64,000 bases of DNA, taken from positions 246,040 through 310,039 of the forward strand of contig JADKFR010000002.1 in the NCBI GenBank assembly GCA_016717345.1, given 5' to 3'. Position numbers and translations under genes: made by a program. The notes below the pieces were generated by a model. That model worked only from the letters and a program-made list of their open reading frames with translations. It was not told the DNA's origin and searched no databases. The DNA comes from Propionibacteriaceae bacterium (GTDB taxonomy: Bacteria > Actinomycetota > Actinomycetes > Propionibacteriales > Propionibacteriaceae). Positions 42,408 to 53,223 of this stretch are shown here, in pieces (within the stretch, counting starts at the first letter, position 1; each line of letters opens with the position of its first letter).

Positions 42408-43681
42408 CAGCGCGGGGGGACGAGGGCTTCCCGACCACCCAGGTAGGGCCGCAGGGCGGGCGGCAGGTAGATCGAGCCGTCCGCCTGCTGATGGTTCTCC
42501 AGCAGCATGATGATGATGCGGGTCATCGCGCACAGGGTGCCGTTCAGCGTCGCGGCCGATCGCACCCCGCGGTCGTCGCGGATCCGGATGTTCAGCCGGC
42601 GCGCCTGGAATTCGGTGCAGTTCGACGTGGAGGTCACTTCGCGGTAGCGCCCCTGGGTGGGCAGCCAGCAGTAGCAGTCGAACTTGCGGGCAGCGCTCAG
42701 GCCCAGGTCGCCACTGGCGACGTCCAGCACCTGGTACGGCAGCTCGAGCGCGTCGAGGAACTCCTTCTCGAAGCCCAGCAGCTTCGCATGCTCGGCTTCG
42801 GCCTGCTCCGGCTCGCAGTAGACGAACATCTCGACCTTGTCGAACCAGTGCACCCGGAAGATGCCGCGGGTGTCCTTGCCGTACGAGCCCGCCTCCCGCC
42901 GGAAGCACGGGCTGTAGCCCGCGTAGTACCGGGGCAGGGTCGCGGCGTCCAGGATCTCCTCGGAGTGGTAGGCGGCCAGCGCCACCTCCGAGGTGCCCAC
43001 CAGGTAGAGTTCGTCGGCGGGCAGGTGGTAGACATTCTCGGCGGCCTGGCCGAGAAAACCGGTGCCCTCCATGGCGGACGGTTTGACCAGCGCGGGCGGG
43101 AGCATCGGGGTGAAGCCCCACCCGAGCGCCTTGCTCATCGCCAGGTTGATCAGGGCCAACTCCAGTTGGGCCCCCAGGCCGGTCAGGAAGTAGAACCGGG
43201 AGCCCGACACCTTGGCACCCCGCTCCATGTCGATGGCTCCCAGCAGTTCGCCGAGTTCCAGGTGGTCGCGCGGGACGAAGCCCTCGGAGGCGAAGTCGCG
43301 GGGCGTCCCGACGCTCTCCAGGACGACGAAGTCGTCCTCACCGCCCCGCGGCACGTCCTCGAACACCAGGTTCGGCAGCGTCGTCATCAGCTCGTCGAAG
43401 TGGGCGCCCGCCCGGGTCGCGGCGGCCTCGGCGGCCTTGACGGCAGCCGCCAGGGCCCGGGTACGGGCCAGCAGTTCCTGCCGAGCCTCCCCCTGGGACG
43501 TGGCGACCTGCTTGCCGATCCCCTTCTGTTCAGCCCGCAGCGACTCGTAGGTCGCGATCGCCGCCCGCCGGTTGCCGTCCGCGGCCACCAGGTCGTCGAC
43601 CAGCGCCAACGACTCCCCGCGGGCCTGTTGGGAACGTCGGATTCGGTCGGGGTCGGTGCGCAGCAGCTTCGGGTCGATCAC
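42407..43681 (-). CDS. serS: seryl-tRNA synthetase
   Basis: 424 aa from the GTG at 43681 ([18 protein letters not shown]...). It has the N-terminal coiled-coil arm and class II motifs ([35 protein letters not shown]). Confidence 0.95.
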   Translation of the reverse strand: MIDPKLLRTDPDRIRRSQQARGESLALVDDLVAADGNRRAAIATYESLRAEQKGIGKQVATSQGEARQELLARTRALAAAVKAAEAAATRAGAHFDELMTTLPNLVFEDVPRGGEDDFVVLESVGTPRDFASEGFVPRDHLELGELLGAIDMERGAKVSGSRFYFLTGLGAQLELALINLAMSKALGWGFTPMLPPALVKPSAMEGTGFLGQAAENVYHLPADELYLVGTSEVALAAYHSEEILDAATLPRYYAGYSPCFRREAGSYGKDTRGIFRVHWFDKVEMFVYCEPEQAEAEHAKLLGFEKEFLDALELPYQVLDVASGDLGLSAARKFDCYCWLPTQGRYREVTSTSNCTEFQARRLNIRIRDDRGVRSAATLNGTLCAMTRIIIMLLENHQQADGSIYLPPALRPYLGGREALVPPR

Positions 43682-43731
43682 GGTCCAAGAGCCTAGCGCG
43701 CGGGGCGCGACGGTCGCCGCGGGCCCGGCGG

Positions 43732-44646
43732 TCAGTCGTCCTCGGGGTTCACCAGGGTGGCGTACCAGTCCTTGGCAGCGCGGAAGTCCTCGTCGGTGAA
43801 CCCCCAGCCGATGGTGGGTCGCACCCCGTCGGCCCGCGGATAGGACCCCAGGAAGATGACGTCCTCGCAGATCCGGTGCAGGCCGGCCATCGCCTCCGCC
43901 AGCCGGGGCTCGCGCAGGTGCCCCTCGGCGTCGATCGAGAAGCAGTAGTTGCCCAGCCCGGTCTTGGTCGGACGGGACTCGATCCGGCACAGGTTCACCC
44001 CGCGCCCGGAGAACTGCTCGAGGATCTCCAGCAGGGCGCCCGGCCGGTCGGCGTGCATGAAAGCCACCAGGGTGGTCTTGTCAGCGCCGGTCGGCTGAGG
44101 CGGGGGGGCCGGCTGGGAGACGAGCACGAAGCGGGTGACCGCCGAGGGGTTGTCGGCGATCCCGCTGGCCAGGGCGTTCAGGCCATACATCTCGCCGGCC
44201 ACCCGGGCACACACCGCCGCGTCGAACTTCGACTCGGGGTCGCTGACCTCCAGGGCGGCGCCGGCCGTCGAGCCACCCTCGGTGATGGCTGCCCACGGAA
44301 GGTTCACCGCCAGCCAGTCCCGCACCTGGGCGGCGGCGTGCGGGTGGGTCAGTACCCGGCGGACGTCAGCCAGGGTGGTGCCCGGACGCGCGCACAGGTT
44401 GAACTCGACCCCCAGCAGCACCTCACGGACGATCATCAGGCGCTTGCCGCTGGACAGGTTGTCCAGCGTGACAGTGACGCCACCCTCGACGGAGTTCTCG
44501 ATCGGCACCAGCGCGGCTTCGACGCGTCCGGCCCGGACGGCGTCCAGCGCCTCCACGACGGTCGCGAACGGCACCGCCGGCTGGTCGCTGAAGGACAGCA
44601 ACGCCTGGTGGGTGAAGGTTCCAGCGGGTCCGAAGTATCCGAGCAC
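43732..44646 (-). CDS. pheA: prephenate dehydratase
   Basis: 304 aa. It has the PDT domain ([17 protein letters not shown]...ENSVEGGV) plus a C-terminal ACT domain (TRFVLV...ESRP). Confidence 0.9.
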   Translation of the reverse strand: MLGYFGPAGTFTHQALLSFSDQPAVPFATVVEALDAVRAGRVEAALVPIENSVEGGVTVTLDNLSSGKRLMIVREVLLGVEFNLCARPGTTLADVRRVLTHPHAAAQVRDWLAVNLPWAAITEGGSTAGAALEVSDPESKFDAAVCARVAGEMYGLNALASGIADNPSAVTRFVLVSQPAPPPQPTGADKTTLVAFMHADRPGALLEILEQFSGRGVNLCRIESRPTKTGLGNYCFSIDAEGHLREPRLAEAMAGLHRICEDVIFLGSYPRADGVRPTIGWGFTDEDFRAAKDWYATLVNPEDD

Positions 44647-44696
44647 GGGCTCAGCCTAATGCGCTGGGCGGGCCGCCCCGGCGGCGGGTCAGCCCC

Positions 44697-46280
44697 TCAG
44701 TCGGTGGCGGGCGCGGTCGCGTGCCGCGCGGCGTGCCAGCGATGCCGCCACACCGACAGCGACGGCAGCTCATGCCCGTCCCGCCACCACCACAGGACCA
44801 CCATCACGATGACCAGGATTTGGGCGCCGCTGCACAGCACGTCGCGCACGACCCAGGCCGTCGCCTTCATGCCGTCGCTGAACTGGACGGCCCGTCCGGT
44901 CACGTAGGCCACCGACAGCCAGGCCCCACGCCACATCAGCAGCGCGTCCAGCCGGGTGGAGGCCAGCAGCGCCAGCGGCACCCACGCGGTGAGGTCGTAC
45001 CAGCTCAGCGTGTAGGGGGAGGTGATCAGCCACGACACGGTGAGGATCGCCGCCGTCCGGACGGCGATGGTCAGCGGCTCCCGCGTCGGATCGACGGACG
45101 GATCCGCCCCCGGGACGGCGGTCCAGGGCAGCACCCGCGACAGCATCCAGGCGATCGCGATCATGCCGCCCCAGCCGAGCCAACCGATGATGGAACGGGC
45201 GACGAACTCCGGCATCACCCAGCTGAGGGCGGTGAAGAACGGCGGGGCCCAGGAGCCGGCCGAGATGTAGCCGGTGTTGCGCCCGGCGGCGAACAGGGCC
45301 CGCGGCACCCACAGCCCGTAGGCGAGCGCCAGCGGGATCGCCGCCCCGAGGACGAGGCCCAGCAGCTTGCGCCAGTCCCGGCGGTAACCCCACGCCATGG
45401 CGATGCCGTAGAAGACCAGGGACACCTTGATGGTGCCGGCCAGCCCGATCCCCAGGCCGGCCAGGAACGGGTGCTTGCGCAGGAACCACAGGCCCACCAC
45501 CGCGAACACCAGGGTGAACGCCTCGTTGTGGGCGCCGGCGATGACCGACCAGATCATGATCGGGTTGAGCACGGTGAACAGCACCGCGCGGGTCTGCACC
45601 TCATGATCGGCGTGCGCCATCTTGACCACCAGGGCCCCGATCACCAGGAACGGGATCAGCGCCAGCATCTGCAGCCAGAACACGACATCGTGCATGTTCG
45701 GGCCGCCGAGCCAGGCGGCGAGCCATTGGCTGGCAGAGGCCACCGGCCCGTAGACGCTGGGGGTGTCCTGCCAGGGCCGTTCGGTCCAGATCAGGACGGG
45801 GTCGAACTGTTCGCGGAAGATGGTGGCCGGGGTGATGTCGTACGGGTTGAGCCCGAGCACCTGCAACCGTCCGTAGGCCGCGTACATCAGCACGTCCGCC
45901 GAGGTCAGCGGCGGCACCAGCGCGGTGAGGGTGCTGAGGCCGGCCCCCAGGGCGAACAGCTTGCGGTTGTTCGGACGCCAGCCCTCGCCGACAGCCCGCC
46001 AGGCGATCCACAGCCCGACCGCGCCGACGCTGAGGCCGAGCCACAGCAGCGGCACCACCACCCACTCGCTCAGCCCGCTGAGGCTGACCGGCAGGTACCA
46101 CGGCGGCAGCAGGGAGGTCCGCGGGCCGAGGGTGAGCGCCACCGGGGACGGCCCGGTGAAGGCGGTCAGGATGGTGGTCACGGCGCTGAGGGTGATCAGC
46201 CCGACGCCGAGCCGCGGGTTCCGCGTCCAGGCGGCCGCCAGGACAGCGCGGAGCAGCGACCGTCCCGGGACGTCCAGCAT
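44697..46280 (-). CDS. polytopic GT-C-type glycosyltransferase (polyprenol-phosphomannose-dependent mannosyltransferase-like)
   Basis: 527 aa with more than 10 TM segments. Its size and hydrophobic pattern resemble MptB/DUF2029-type mannosyltransferases. No sharp motif was recognised. Confidence 0.55.
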   Translation of the reverse strand: MLDVPGRSLLRAVLAAAWTRNPRLGVGLITLSAVTTILTAFTGPSPVALTLGPRTSLLPPWYLPVSLSGLSEWVVVPLLWLGLSVGAVGLWIAWRAVGEGWRPNNRKLFALGAGLSTLTALVPPLTSADVLMYAAYGRLQVLGLNPYDITPATIFREQFDPVLIWTERPWQDTPSVYGPVASASQWLAAWLGGPNMHDVVFWLQMLALIPFLVIGALVVKMAHADHEVQTRAVLFTVLNPIMIWSVIAGAHNEAFTLVFAVVGLWFLRKHPFLAGLGIGLAGTIKVSLVFYGIAMAWGYRRDWRKLLGLVLGAAIPLALAYGLWVPRALFAAGRNTGYISAGSWAPPFFTALSWVMPEFVARSIIGWLGWGGMIAIAWMLSRVLPWTAVPGADPSVDPTREPLTIAVRTAAILTVSWLITSPYTLSWYDLTAWVPLALLASTRLDALLMWRGAWLSVAYVTGRAVQFSDGMKATAWVVRDVLCSGAQILVIVMVVLWWWRDGHELPSLSVWRHRWHAARHATAPATD

Positions 46281-46449
46281 GGGGTCACTCCTGGTGTGAG
46301 GGCACCGGGCGCAGGGTGCCTCCGGTGAGGACAGGCTAGCCGCTGCCCGGGACCGGACCCGCCCTGGTTCACGGGCGTCACCGGACCGTTACCTGCGCCC
46401 GGCGGGCCGGGGCACTGACCGTCCCCGGGCGTGGGCCAGCGGCGATCGG

Positions 46450-47313
46450 CTACTTCAGAAGCCGTGACAACCGTCGATCGGCCAGGGGCTTGCCGCCGGT
46501 CTGGCAGGTGGGGCAGTACTGCAGGGAGGAATCCGCGAACGACACCTCGGCGATCGTGGCACCGCAGACCGGGCAGGCCTGACCGGTCCGCCCATGGACG
46601 CGCAGGTTGAGCTTCTTGTCGCCCTTGAGGTCTTTGGCCGCCAGGCCGCGGGAGCGTTCGATGGCCTCGGCCAACTCGCCCCGGATCGCCGCGTACAGGC
46701 GTTCCTGTTCCTCGGGGCTGAGCCCGTTGGCGGGCTTGAACGGGCTGAGCCGGGCGGCGTGCAGGATCTCGTCGGAGTAGGCGTTGCCGATCCCGGCGAT
46801 GATGCGCTGGTCGCGCAGCACGCCCTTGAGCTGAGAGCGTCCGGCGTGCTGAAGGATCCCCGCGAGCGCCTGCGGGGTGAAGTCGTCGGCCAGCGGGTCG
46901 GGGCCGAGCGAGACGATGCCCGGCACCTCATCGAGGCTTGTCACCGCGTAGATCGCCAGCCGCTTCTGGGTTCCCGCCTCGGTGAGGTCGAACCCGCTGC
47001 CGTCGTCGAACCCGAGCCGGAAGGCGAGCGGTCCCCGTCCGGGCCGCGCGGGGCTCACCGGCAGCGACTCGCGCCAGGTCAACCAGCCGGCCCGGGCCAG
47101 GTGGAAGGCCAGGAACACCCCGCCCACCTCCAGCACCACGAACTTGCCGCGCCGCGTCACCGCGTCGACCTCGAGCCCCTGCAACGCCGACAACGGCAGG
47201 GCCACGGTCTTCAGGCAGGCGAACGCCACCAGTTCGGTGCGGGCGACCGTCCGTCCCAGGCAGGCTTGGGCGAGGAATCCTCGCAGGGCTTCAACCTCCG
47301 GCAGTTCCGGCAT
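46450..47313 (-). CDS. Fpg/Nei family DNA glycosylase (formamidopyrimidine-DNA glycosylase-like)
   Basis: 287 aa. It has the N-terminal MPELPEVE, the SLGPDPL motif, an H2TH region and a C-terminal zinc finger (CPVCGATIAEVSFADSSLQYCPTCQ). Confidence 0.85.
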   Translation of the reverse strand: MPELPEVEALRGFLAQACLGRTVARTELVAFACLKTVALPLSALQGLEVDAVTRRGKFVVLEVGGVFLAFHLARAGWLTWRESLPVSPARPGRGPLAFRLGFDDGSGFDLTEAGTQKRLAIYAVTSLDEVPGIVSLGPDPLADDFTPQALAGILQHAGRSQLKGVLRDQRIIAGIGNAYSDEILHAARLSPFKPANGLSPEEQERLYAAIRGELAEAIERSRGLAAKDLKGDKKLNLRVHGRTGQACPVCGATIAEVSFADSSLQYCPTCQTGGKPLADRRLSRLLK

Positions 47314-47364
47314 GGACGGATTGTAGGCGCCGGCACCCGCGTCCGTCGCTGCCCCAGGGACGCG

Positions 47365-48039
47365 TCAGCGCCCCGGCCAGGCCGCTTCGGGGACGCTGAG
47401 CACCTCGTCCAGCAACGTCAGGTACTCCTCGCGGTCGACCTCGATCACCCCGAGGCTGGCGAGGTGGTCTGTCTGCCACTGGACGTCGATCACCCGATCG
47501 GAGGAGTAGTCGTCCGACAACAGCTCCACCAGGGCCAGCAGCGCCACCTTGGAGGCGTCGCGCCCGTAGCGGGGATCGTGGAACATCGACTCCCCCGCGA
47601 AGAGGCCGCCGAGCCCGACCCCGTACAAGCCACCCACCAGGCGACCGGCCGAGTCCCAGGTCTCGACCGAGTGGACGTGACCGCTGCGGTGCAGGTCGGT
47701 GTAGACCCCCTCGATCTCGTGGTCGATCCACCCGGATTCGCGGGTCGGGTCGGCGCAGCCGGCCAGCACCGCCTCGAACGCCTGGTCGACGGTCGTGGTG
47801 TACCGCTTGGCGGCCTGACGCAGCGAGCGGGTGACGCGCAGTCCGTCCACCGGCAGGATCCCGCGCCGCATCGGCGACCACCAGCCCATCTCGCGGAAGC
47901 CGGAGCCGTGCAACGGCATCGGGAAGGCGCCGCAACGGTAGGCAGCCAGGGTGAGCCCGGGGTCGAACTCCTCCGAGAACGCGATCAGGTCCTGCGCAGG
48001 CCAGTCCTGGGGAGGACCGAAGACCGACGGGTGCCGCAT
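47365..48039 (-). CDS. aat: leucyl/phenylalanyl-tRNA--protein transferase
   Basis: 224 aa from the ATG at 48039. The motifs LAAYRCGAFPM, GWWSPMRRGILP, HSVETWDSAGRLVGGLYGVGLGGLFAGESMF and IDVQ are characteristic of Aat. Confidence 0.9.
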   Translation of the reverse strand: MRHPSVFGPPQDWPAQDLIAFSEEFDPGLTLAAYRCGAFPMPLHGSGFREMGWWSPMRRGILPVDGLRVTRSLRQAAKRYTTTVDQAFEAVLAGCADPTRESGWIDHEIEGVYTDLHRSGHVHSVETWDSAGRLVGGLYGVGLGGLFAGESMFHDPRYGRDASKVALLALVELLSDDYSSDRVIDVQWQTDHLASLGVIEVDREEYLTLLDEVLSVPEAAWPGR

Positions 48040-48117
48040 GGCGCGATTCTCCCACCCCCGACCGGCAACGCCGCGCCGCGCGCTGCGTAGGCTGGGGAGG
48101 TCGAGGAAGGACGCCCC

Positions 48118-48801
48118 ATGGCAGCAGTCGGTGACTTCAGCAAGCAGATCGTCGCACGGACCCCGGAGGTGGCCGGCGGCCTGCTTCGCCAGATCATCGA
48201 GTTCGCGATCGACGGCAACACCGCCTTCCCCGGAGCGAAGGCGACCGCAGCCCGCAAGTTGCAGGACAAGAGCGACCGCGAGGCCGCGATCGACGCGCTG
48301 ATCAGCTCCCACATCGCGCTGGCGTCGGCGCAGGGGTTCGTCACCAGCGTGGGCGGGCTGATCACGCTGCCGGTCGGGCTGCCGGCCAACATCGCCGGGC
48401 TGGCCGTTCTCGGGGTGCGGATGATCGCCTCGATCGCCCACCTGCGCGGCTACGACGTCGAGGACCGCCGGGTGCGCGTCGCCCTCACCCTGGCCCTGCT
48501 GGGGGAGGACGAGGTCCGCAGGCTGATCACCGAGGGCAAGCTGCCCACCACGCCGTTGGCGGTCGCCACCGCCCCGGTGTTCGACCCCGACCTGGAGCGG
48601 GCCATCAGTGAGCGCGTGATGGGCTCGCTGGCCGGACGGCTGGGCGGCAAGCACCTGGCGGTGGTCGTGGTGCGCCGGATCCCCCTGGTGGGCGGCGGCG
48701 TCGGGGCCGCGGTGGACGGCTGGCTCACCTTCGGTCTGGGGTCCTACGCCAAGCGTGAGTTCGTGGCACGCCAAGCCCTCACCCGCTTCAGCGAGGACTG
48801 A
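48118..48801 (+). CDS. EcsC-family-like protein (tentative)
   Basis: 227 aa. It contains Gly-rich amphipathic or hydrophobic segments (GFVTSVGGLITLPVGLPANIAGLAVLGVRMIASIAHLRGYD; IPLVGGGVGAAVDGW). The family call rests on general resemblance only. Confidence 0.4.
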   Translation: MAAVGDFSKQIVARTPEVAGGLLRQIIEFAIDGNTAFPGAKATAARKLQDKSDREAAIDALISSHIALASAQGFVTSVGGLITLPVGLPANIAGLAVLGVRMIASIAHLRGYDVEDRRVRVALTLALLGEDEVRRLITEGKLPTTPLAVATAPVFDPDLERAISERVMGSLAGRLGGKHLAVVVVRRIPLVGGGVGAAVDGWLTFGLGSYAKREFVARQALTRFSED

Positions 48802-48829
48802 GCGAGCGACGTCCCCTGGAACCTCGGCC

Positions 48830-49945
48830 TCAGCGGTAGGCCCGCGCGACCCGGCGGTTGATCAGGCAGGTGACCTCGTAGGTGATCGTGCCCATCAGGG
48901 CGGCGAGTTCCGCGACGGTGATCTGTTCGTCGCCGCTGCTGCCCACCACCACGACCTCGTCCCCCACCGCCACGGTGGGTTCGGGGCCCAGGTCGAGCAT
49001 CGTCTGGTCCATGCAGACCCGACCCGCGATCGGGTAGCTGCGACCGCCGATCAGCATCCGTCCGCGGTTCGACAGGGCCCGGGAGAAGCCGTCGCCGTAC
49101 CCGATCGGCACCGTCGCGATCCAGGTGTCGCGCGGGGCCGTCCAGGTGCGCCCGTAACTCACGGTCTCGCCGGCGGCCACCGGCTTGGTGAACACCACGC
49201 GGCTCCGCCATTCCAGTCCCGGCAGCAGCGGCAGGGTCCGGGGGCAGGCCGGGTCGGGGTAGCTGCCGTAGATCATCACGCCCGGCCGGACCAGGTCGAA
49301 CCAGGAAGCCGGGTGCGCCAAGACCCCGCCGGAGTTCGCCAGGTGCTTCAGCAACGGACCCCTGGCAGCCTCCACGTCGGCGGCGACTCCGGCGAACCGG
49401 GCGATCTGGGCGGTCGTGAACTCGTCGCCGCTGGGTGAATCCGAGATCGGCAGGTGGGACATCAGCCCGGCCAGCCGCAACCCCGGGGTGGCGTCGATCC
49501 GCATCGCGAGCCCCACCGCGGCCGCCGGTTCGCAGCCGATCCGGCGCATCCCGGTGTCGACCTTGAGATGGACGACGGCCTGGCGCCCGACGCCGGCGGC
49601 AGCCGCCGCGGCTTCGTCGCATGAGGCTTCGTCCACCACCACGAGCTGCAGGTCGTGCGCGAGCGCCTCCCACACCTCGGGCCCCCGGGCCACGGAGAGC
49701 TTCAGGATCGGCAGGCCGATCCCGGCCTGCCGCAACTCGACGCCTTCGGCGACGGTGGCCACCCCCAGCACGTCAGCGGCCTGCGTCGCCTCGATCCGGC
49801 GGGCCACCTCGACCGCGCCGTGGCCGTAGGCGTCCGCCTTCACCGCGGCGAGCACCTGGCGGTGTCCCACGCGTCCGCGGATCGCAGCCAGGTTCGCCTC
49901 GATGTGGTCGAGGCGGGTGGTGGCCAGCGTGGGCGGCTCGATCAT
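48830..49945 (-). CDS. alr: alanine racemase
   Basis: 371 aa from the ATG at 49945, which forms an ATGA overlap with the upstream stop. The PLP-lysine motif AAVKADAYGHG is present, and the C-terminal domain ends in VTCLINRRVARAY. Confidence 0.9.
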   Translation of the reverse strand: MIEPPTLATTRLDHIEANLAAIRGRVGHRQVLAAVKADAYGHGAVEVARRIEATQAADVLGVATVAEGVELRQAGIGLPILKLSVARGPEVWEALAHDLQLVVVDEASCDEAAAAAAGVGRQAVVHLKVDTGMRRIGCEPAAAVGLAMRIDATPGLRLAGLMSHLPISDSPSGDEFTTAQIARFAGVAADVEAARGPLLKHLANSGGVLAHPASWFDLVRPGVMIYGSYPDPACPRTLPLLPGLEWRSRVVFTKPVAAGETVSYGRTWTAPRDTWIATVPIGYGDGFSRALSNRGRMLIGGRSYPIAGRVCMDQTMLDLGPEPTVAVGDEVVVVGSSGDEQITVAELAALMGTITYEVTCLINRRVARAYR

Positions 49946-50796
49946 GCGCCCAGTTCCGCGGGACGGCCGGGGTCGCTCGACCACCCCGACCATGAGGGGG
50001 GATAGAGCGTGGCCTCGACCCCGAGGGTGGCGGCGGCGATGATCACCTGGGTGGCCGAGACCCCCGAGCCGCAGTAGACGGCCACCGGGGTGTCGGCCGG
50101 CAGGTCAAGCAGCTCGCTCAGCGCGTCGGGGTCGGGCAGGGTGCCGTCCGCGGCGAAGAACCCGCTCACCGGACGGTTGACGGCTCCCGGGATGTGCCCG
50201 GCCCGCGGATCGATCGGCTCGACCTCACCGCGGAACCGCTGGGGGGCCCGGACGTCGATCACGGTCCCGTCGAAGGCGGCCAGTCCGTCGGCGTCCACCT
50301 GCGCCAGGTGGCCGAGGGACAGCGCGACCGGTTCGAGGGCCGGCAGTTCGTGGTCGCCGGCCTCCAGGGCGCCCCCGGCGGCCTGCCAGGCGGTGATGCC
50401 GCCGTCCAGTACCCGGACGTCCAGCCCCGCGTCCCGCAACACCCACCAGGCGCGACCGGCGGCGAAGCTGCCCGGCTCGTCATAGACCAGCAGCGGTTGC
50501 CGGGTGTCGATTCCCGCCGCAGCCAGCCCGGCGGCCAGCCGTTGGGCGTCCGGCAAGGGGTGACGGCCCAAGGTGGGTTGGGCGGCCGGTCCCGTCAGCA
50601 CGGTTTCGAGGTCGACGAACCGGGCTCCGGGCAGGTGTCCGGCCCGATAGGCCGCCCGTCCCGCCTCCCGGGGCCCGGTGAGCTGCCACCGCACGTCCAG
50701 CAGGTGCGGGGCGACTCCGGCAGCCAACATCGACTGGAGCTCCGCGGCGCTGACCAGCACGCGGGCGCGCGCCGCAAGGGAGGAGGTCTGGGTCAC
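49942..50796 (-). CDS. tandem-rhodanese sulfurtransferase (thiosulfate/3-mercaptopyruvate sulfurtransferase)
   Basis: 284 aa with two rhodanese domains. The active-site loop is VAVYCGSGVSA. Confidence 0.85.
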   Translation of the reverse strand: MTQTSSLAARARVLVSAAELQSMLAAGVAPHLLDVRWQLTGPREAGRAAYRAGHLPGARFVDLETVLTGPAAQPTLGRHPLPDAQRLAAGLAAAGIDTRQPLLVYDEPGSFAAGRAWWVLRDAGLDVRVLDGGITAWQAAGGALEAGDHELPALEPVALSLGHLAQVDADGLAAFDGTVIDVRAPQRFRGEVEPIDPRAGHIPGAVNRPVSGFFAADGTLPDPDALSELLDLPADTPVAVYCGSGVSATQVIIAAATLGVEATLYPPSWSGWSSDPGRPAELGA

Positions 50797-50805
50797 CCCT
50801 GAACT

Positions 50806-52239
50806 CTAGAACAGCATCGCCAGGCCGGGATCGCCCATGATCGTGGCGACGTCGGCCAGGAACTTGGAGCCCATCTCACCGTCGACCAGGCGATGGTCGA
50901 AGGTCAGGGCGACCGTGCACACCGAGCGGGGCTCGATGCGTTCGTCGGCACCCTCACCGACCACCCAGGGACGGCGCACGATCGTGCCGAGGCACATGAT
51001 GGCGGCCTCGCCCGGATTCATGATCGGGGTGCCCGCGTCGATGCCGAAGACGCCGACGTTGGTGATGGTGAAGGTGCCCAGGGCGAGGTGCCCGGGTTGC
51101 ACCTTGCCCTGCTTGGCGATCGCCACCATCTCGTTCAGCGCGGTGGCGAGTTCCAGCAGGTTGAGCTGGTTCGCCTTCTTGATGTTCGGGACCACCAGGC
51201 CGCGCGGGGTCGCCGCGGCGATCCCGAGGTTCACGTCCCGATGCAGGATGATCTCCTCGGTGGCCTCGTCGAAGCTGGAGTTGATCTCGGGGTTGCGGGC
51301 GATGGCCAGGCAGGCCGCCTTGGCGAAGACCAGCAGCGGCGAGACCCGCAGCCCCTGGAACTCACGGCGGGCCTTCAACGCCTCGATCAACTCCACCGAG
51401 CGCGTGACATCCACCTCGACCCAGGCGGTCGCCTGCGGGACGTTGAGCGAGGCCGTCATCGACCGGAACATCTCGCGCCGGACCCCGCGCAGCGGGAGGC
51501 GCTTCTCCACCGCCGACGGCGGCGTCACCCGTCCCTGCTCGCCGGCGGCGGCGATCACGTCCTCGTGGGTGATCAGGCCGCCCGGCCCCGTCCCCCGCAC
51601 CGCGCCGAGGTCGACGCCGAGGTCGCGCGCCACCCGGCGAACCGGGGGCTTGGCGAGCGGCGGACGGGGGATCTGCCCGCCCCCGGTGGGCTGGCCGGGA
51701 GGTGGGAGCGTGTCCCCCGAGGGCTTGGAGTTCAGCTTGGCCGACGGGGTGACCTCGTCGACGCGGCGAGAGACCGGCTTGTCGGTGTCGTAGGAATCGT
51801 GCACCTGGCCGGTTTCGGGGACGGTCGCTGCCGCGCGGGCCTTGCGGGGCCGGCGGGTCACCGACCCGGCCTTCGCGCCGTAGCCGACCAGCATCGCGGT
51901 CGCGGACGGCTCGGCGGGCGGCTCGGGCGGCGCGTCGCTCCCCAGTGCTGGCTCGCCGTTCGAGTCCTGCACCTCACCGGTGACGACAGCACCCGGCGCC
52001 TCGCCGGCACCCGCGATCCGGATGATCAGCGTCCCCACCGCCACCGTGTCACCCTCGGCCACCAGCAGTTCGGCCACGGTTCCGGCGTAGGGGCTCGGCA
52101 GTTCGACCAGGGACTTGGCGGTCTCGATCTCGAGCAGGATGTCGTTGACCGCGACGGTGTCACCCACCGCCACCCGCCACGACACGATCTCGGCCTCAAG
52201 CAGGCCTTCGCCCGGGTCCGGAAGCTTGAACTCGTACAT
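50806..52239 (-). CDS. 2-oxoacid dehydrogenase E2 (dihydrolipoamide acyltransferase), branched-chain type
   Basis: 477 aa. It has a lipoyl domain (IETAKSLVELPSP), a Pro/Ala linker, an E3-binding domain (PPVRRVARDLGVDL) and a catalytic domain (LTFDHRLVDG). Confidence 0.9.
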   Translation of the reverse strand: MYEFKLPDPGEGLLEAEIVSWRVAVGDTVAVNDILLEIETAKSLVELPSPYAGTVAELLVAEGDTVAVGTLIIRIAGAGEAPGAVVTGEVQDSNGEPALGSDAPPEPPAEPSATAMLVGYGAKAGSVTRRPRKARAAATVPETGQVHDSYDTDKPVSRRVDEVTPSAKLNSKPSGDTLPPPGQPTGGGQIPRPPLAKPPVRRVARDLGVDLGAVRGTGPGGLITHEDVIAAAGEQGRVTPPSAVEKRLPLRGVRREMFRSMTASLNVPQATAWVEVDVTRSVELIEALKARREFQGLRVSPLLVFAKAACLAIARNPEINSSFDEATEEIILHRDVNLGIAAATPRGLVVPNIKKANQLNLLELATALNEMVAIAKQGKVQPGHLALGTFTITNVGVFGIDAGTPIMNPGEAAIMCLGTIVRRPWVVGEGADERIEPRSVCTVALTFDHRLVDGEMGSKFLADVATIMGDPGLAMLF

Positions 52240-52248
52240 GGCGTCCTC

Positions 52249-53223
52249 TCAGTAGGCCAGGGAGCGGTCGACGGCGTCGAGCACCCGGTCCAGGTCGGGT
52301 AGGAAGCCGTCCTCGGTTCGGCTCGGCGGGTAGGGGATGTCGTAGCCGGTGACGCGGAGGACGGGGGCCTGCAGGGCGTAGAAGCACCGCTCCTGGATCC
52401 GGGCGGCGATCTCGGCCCCGATCCCCCCACTGCCGGCCGCCTCGTGGACGACGATCGCCCGACCCGTCCGCGCCACCGAGGTGAGGATCGTGTCGTCATC
52501 CAGCGGGGACAGCGTCCGCAGGTCGATGACCTCCAGGTCGCGACCCTCCTCGGCGGCCGCAATGGCGGCTTCGACACCGGTGCGGACCATCGGTCCGTAG
52601 CACAACAACGTGGCGTCCTGGCCGGTCTTCACCACGCGAGCCTGGTGCAACGGCAGGGGTTGGGCCTCGGGATCGACCTCCCCCTTCTCGTGGTAGCGCC
52701 GCTTGGGTTCCAGGAAGATGACCGGATCGTCGGCGGCGATGGCCTGCTGGATCATCCAGTAGGCGTCCGAGGGGGTGGACGGGGTCACGACCCGCAGCCC
52801 GGGGGTGTGGGCGAAGTAGGCCTCGGGGGACTCGCTGTGGTGCTCGATCGCGCCGATGCCGCCGCCGTAGGGAATCCGGATCACCATCGGCACGCTGAGC
52901 CGACCGTGGGAACGGAAGTGCATCCGCGACACCTGGGAGACGATCTGGTCGAAGGCCGGGTAGACGAAGCCGTCGAATTGGATCTCGACAACCGGGCGGT
53001 AACCGCGCAACGCCATGCCGAGCGCAGTCCCGACGATGCCAGACTCGGCCAACGGGGAGTCGATCACCCGGTCGGCGCCGAACTCCGACTGCAGGTGCTC
53101 GGTGACCCGGAAGACACCCCCCAGCTTGCCGATGTCTTCCCCGGCCAGCAGCACCTTGGGGTCGGCGGCCAGCGCGCGCCGCAGCCCGGCGTTGATCGCC
53201 TTGGCCATCGTCATCGTGCTCAT
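52249..53223 (-). CDS. 2-oxoacid dehydrogenase E1 beta subunit
   Basis: 324 aa from the ATG at 53223 (MSTMTMAKAINAGLRRAL...GEDIGKLGGVFRVT). The start forms an ATGA overlap with the E1 alpha stop. Confidence 0.9.
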   Translation of the reverse strand: MSTMTMAKAINAGLRRALAADPKVLLAGEDIGKLGGVFRVTEHLQSEFGADRVIDSPLAESGIVGTALGMALRGYRPVVEIQFDGFVYPAFDQIVSQVSRMHFRSHGRLSVPMVIRIPYGGGIGAIEHHSESPEAYFAHTPGLRVVTPSTPSDAYWMIQQAIAADDPVIFLEPKRRYHEKGEVDPEAQPLPLHQARVVKTGQDATLLCYGPMVRTGVEAAIAAAEEGRDLEVIDLRTLSPLDDDTILTSVARTGRAIVVHEAAGSGGIGAEIAARIQERCFYALQAPVLRVTGYDIPYPPSRTEDGFLPDLDRVLDAVDRSLAY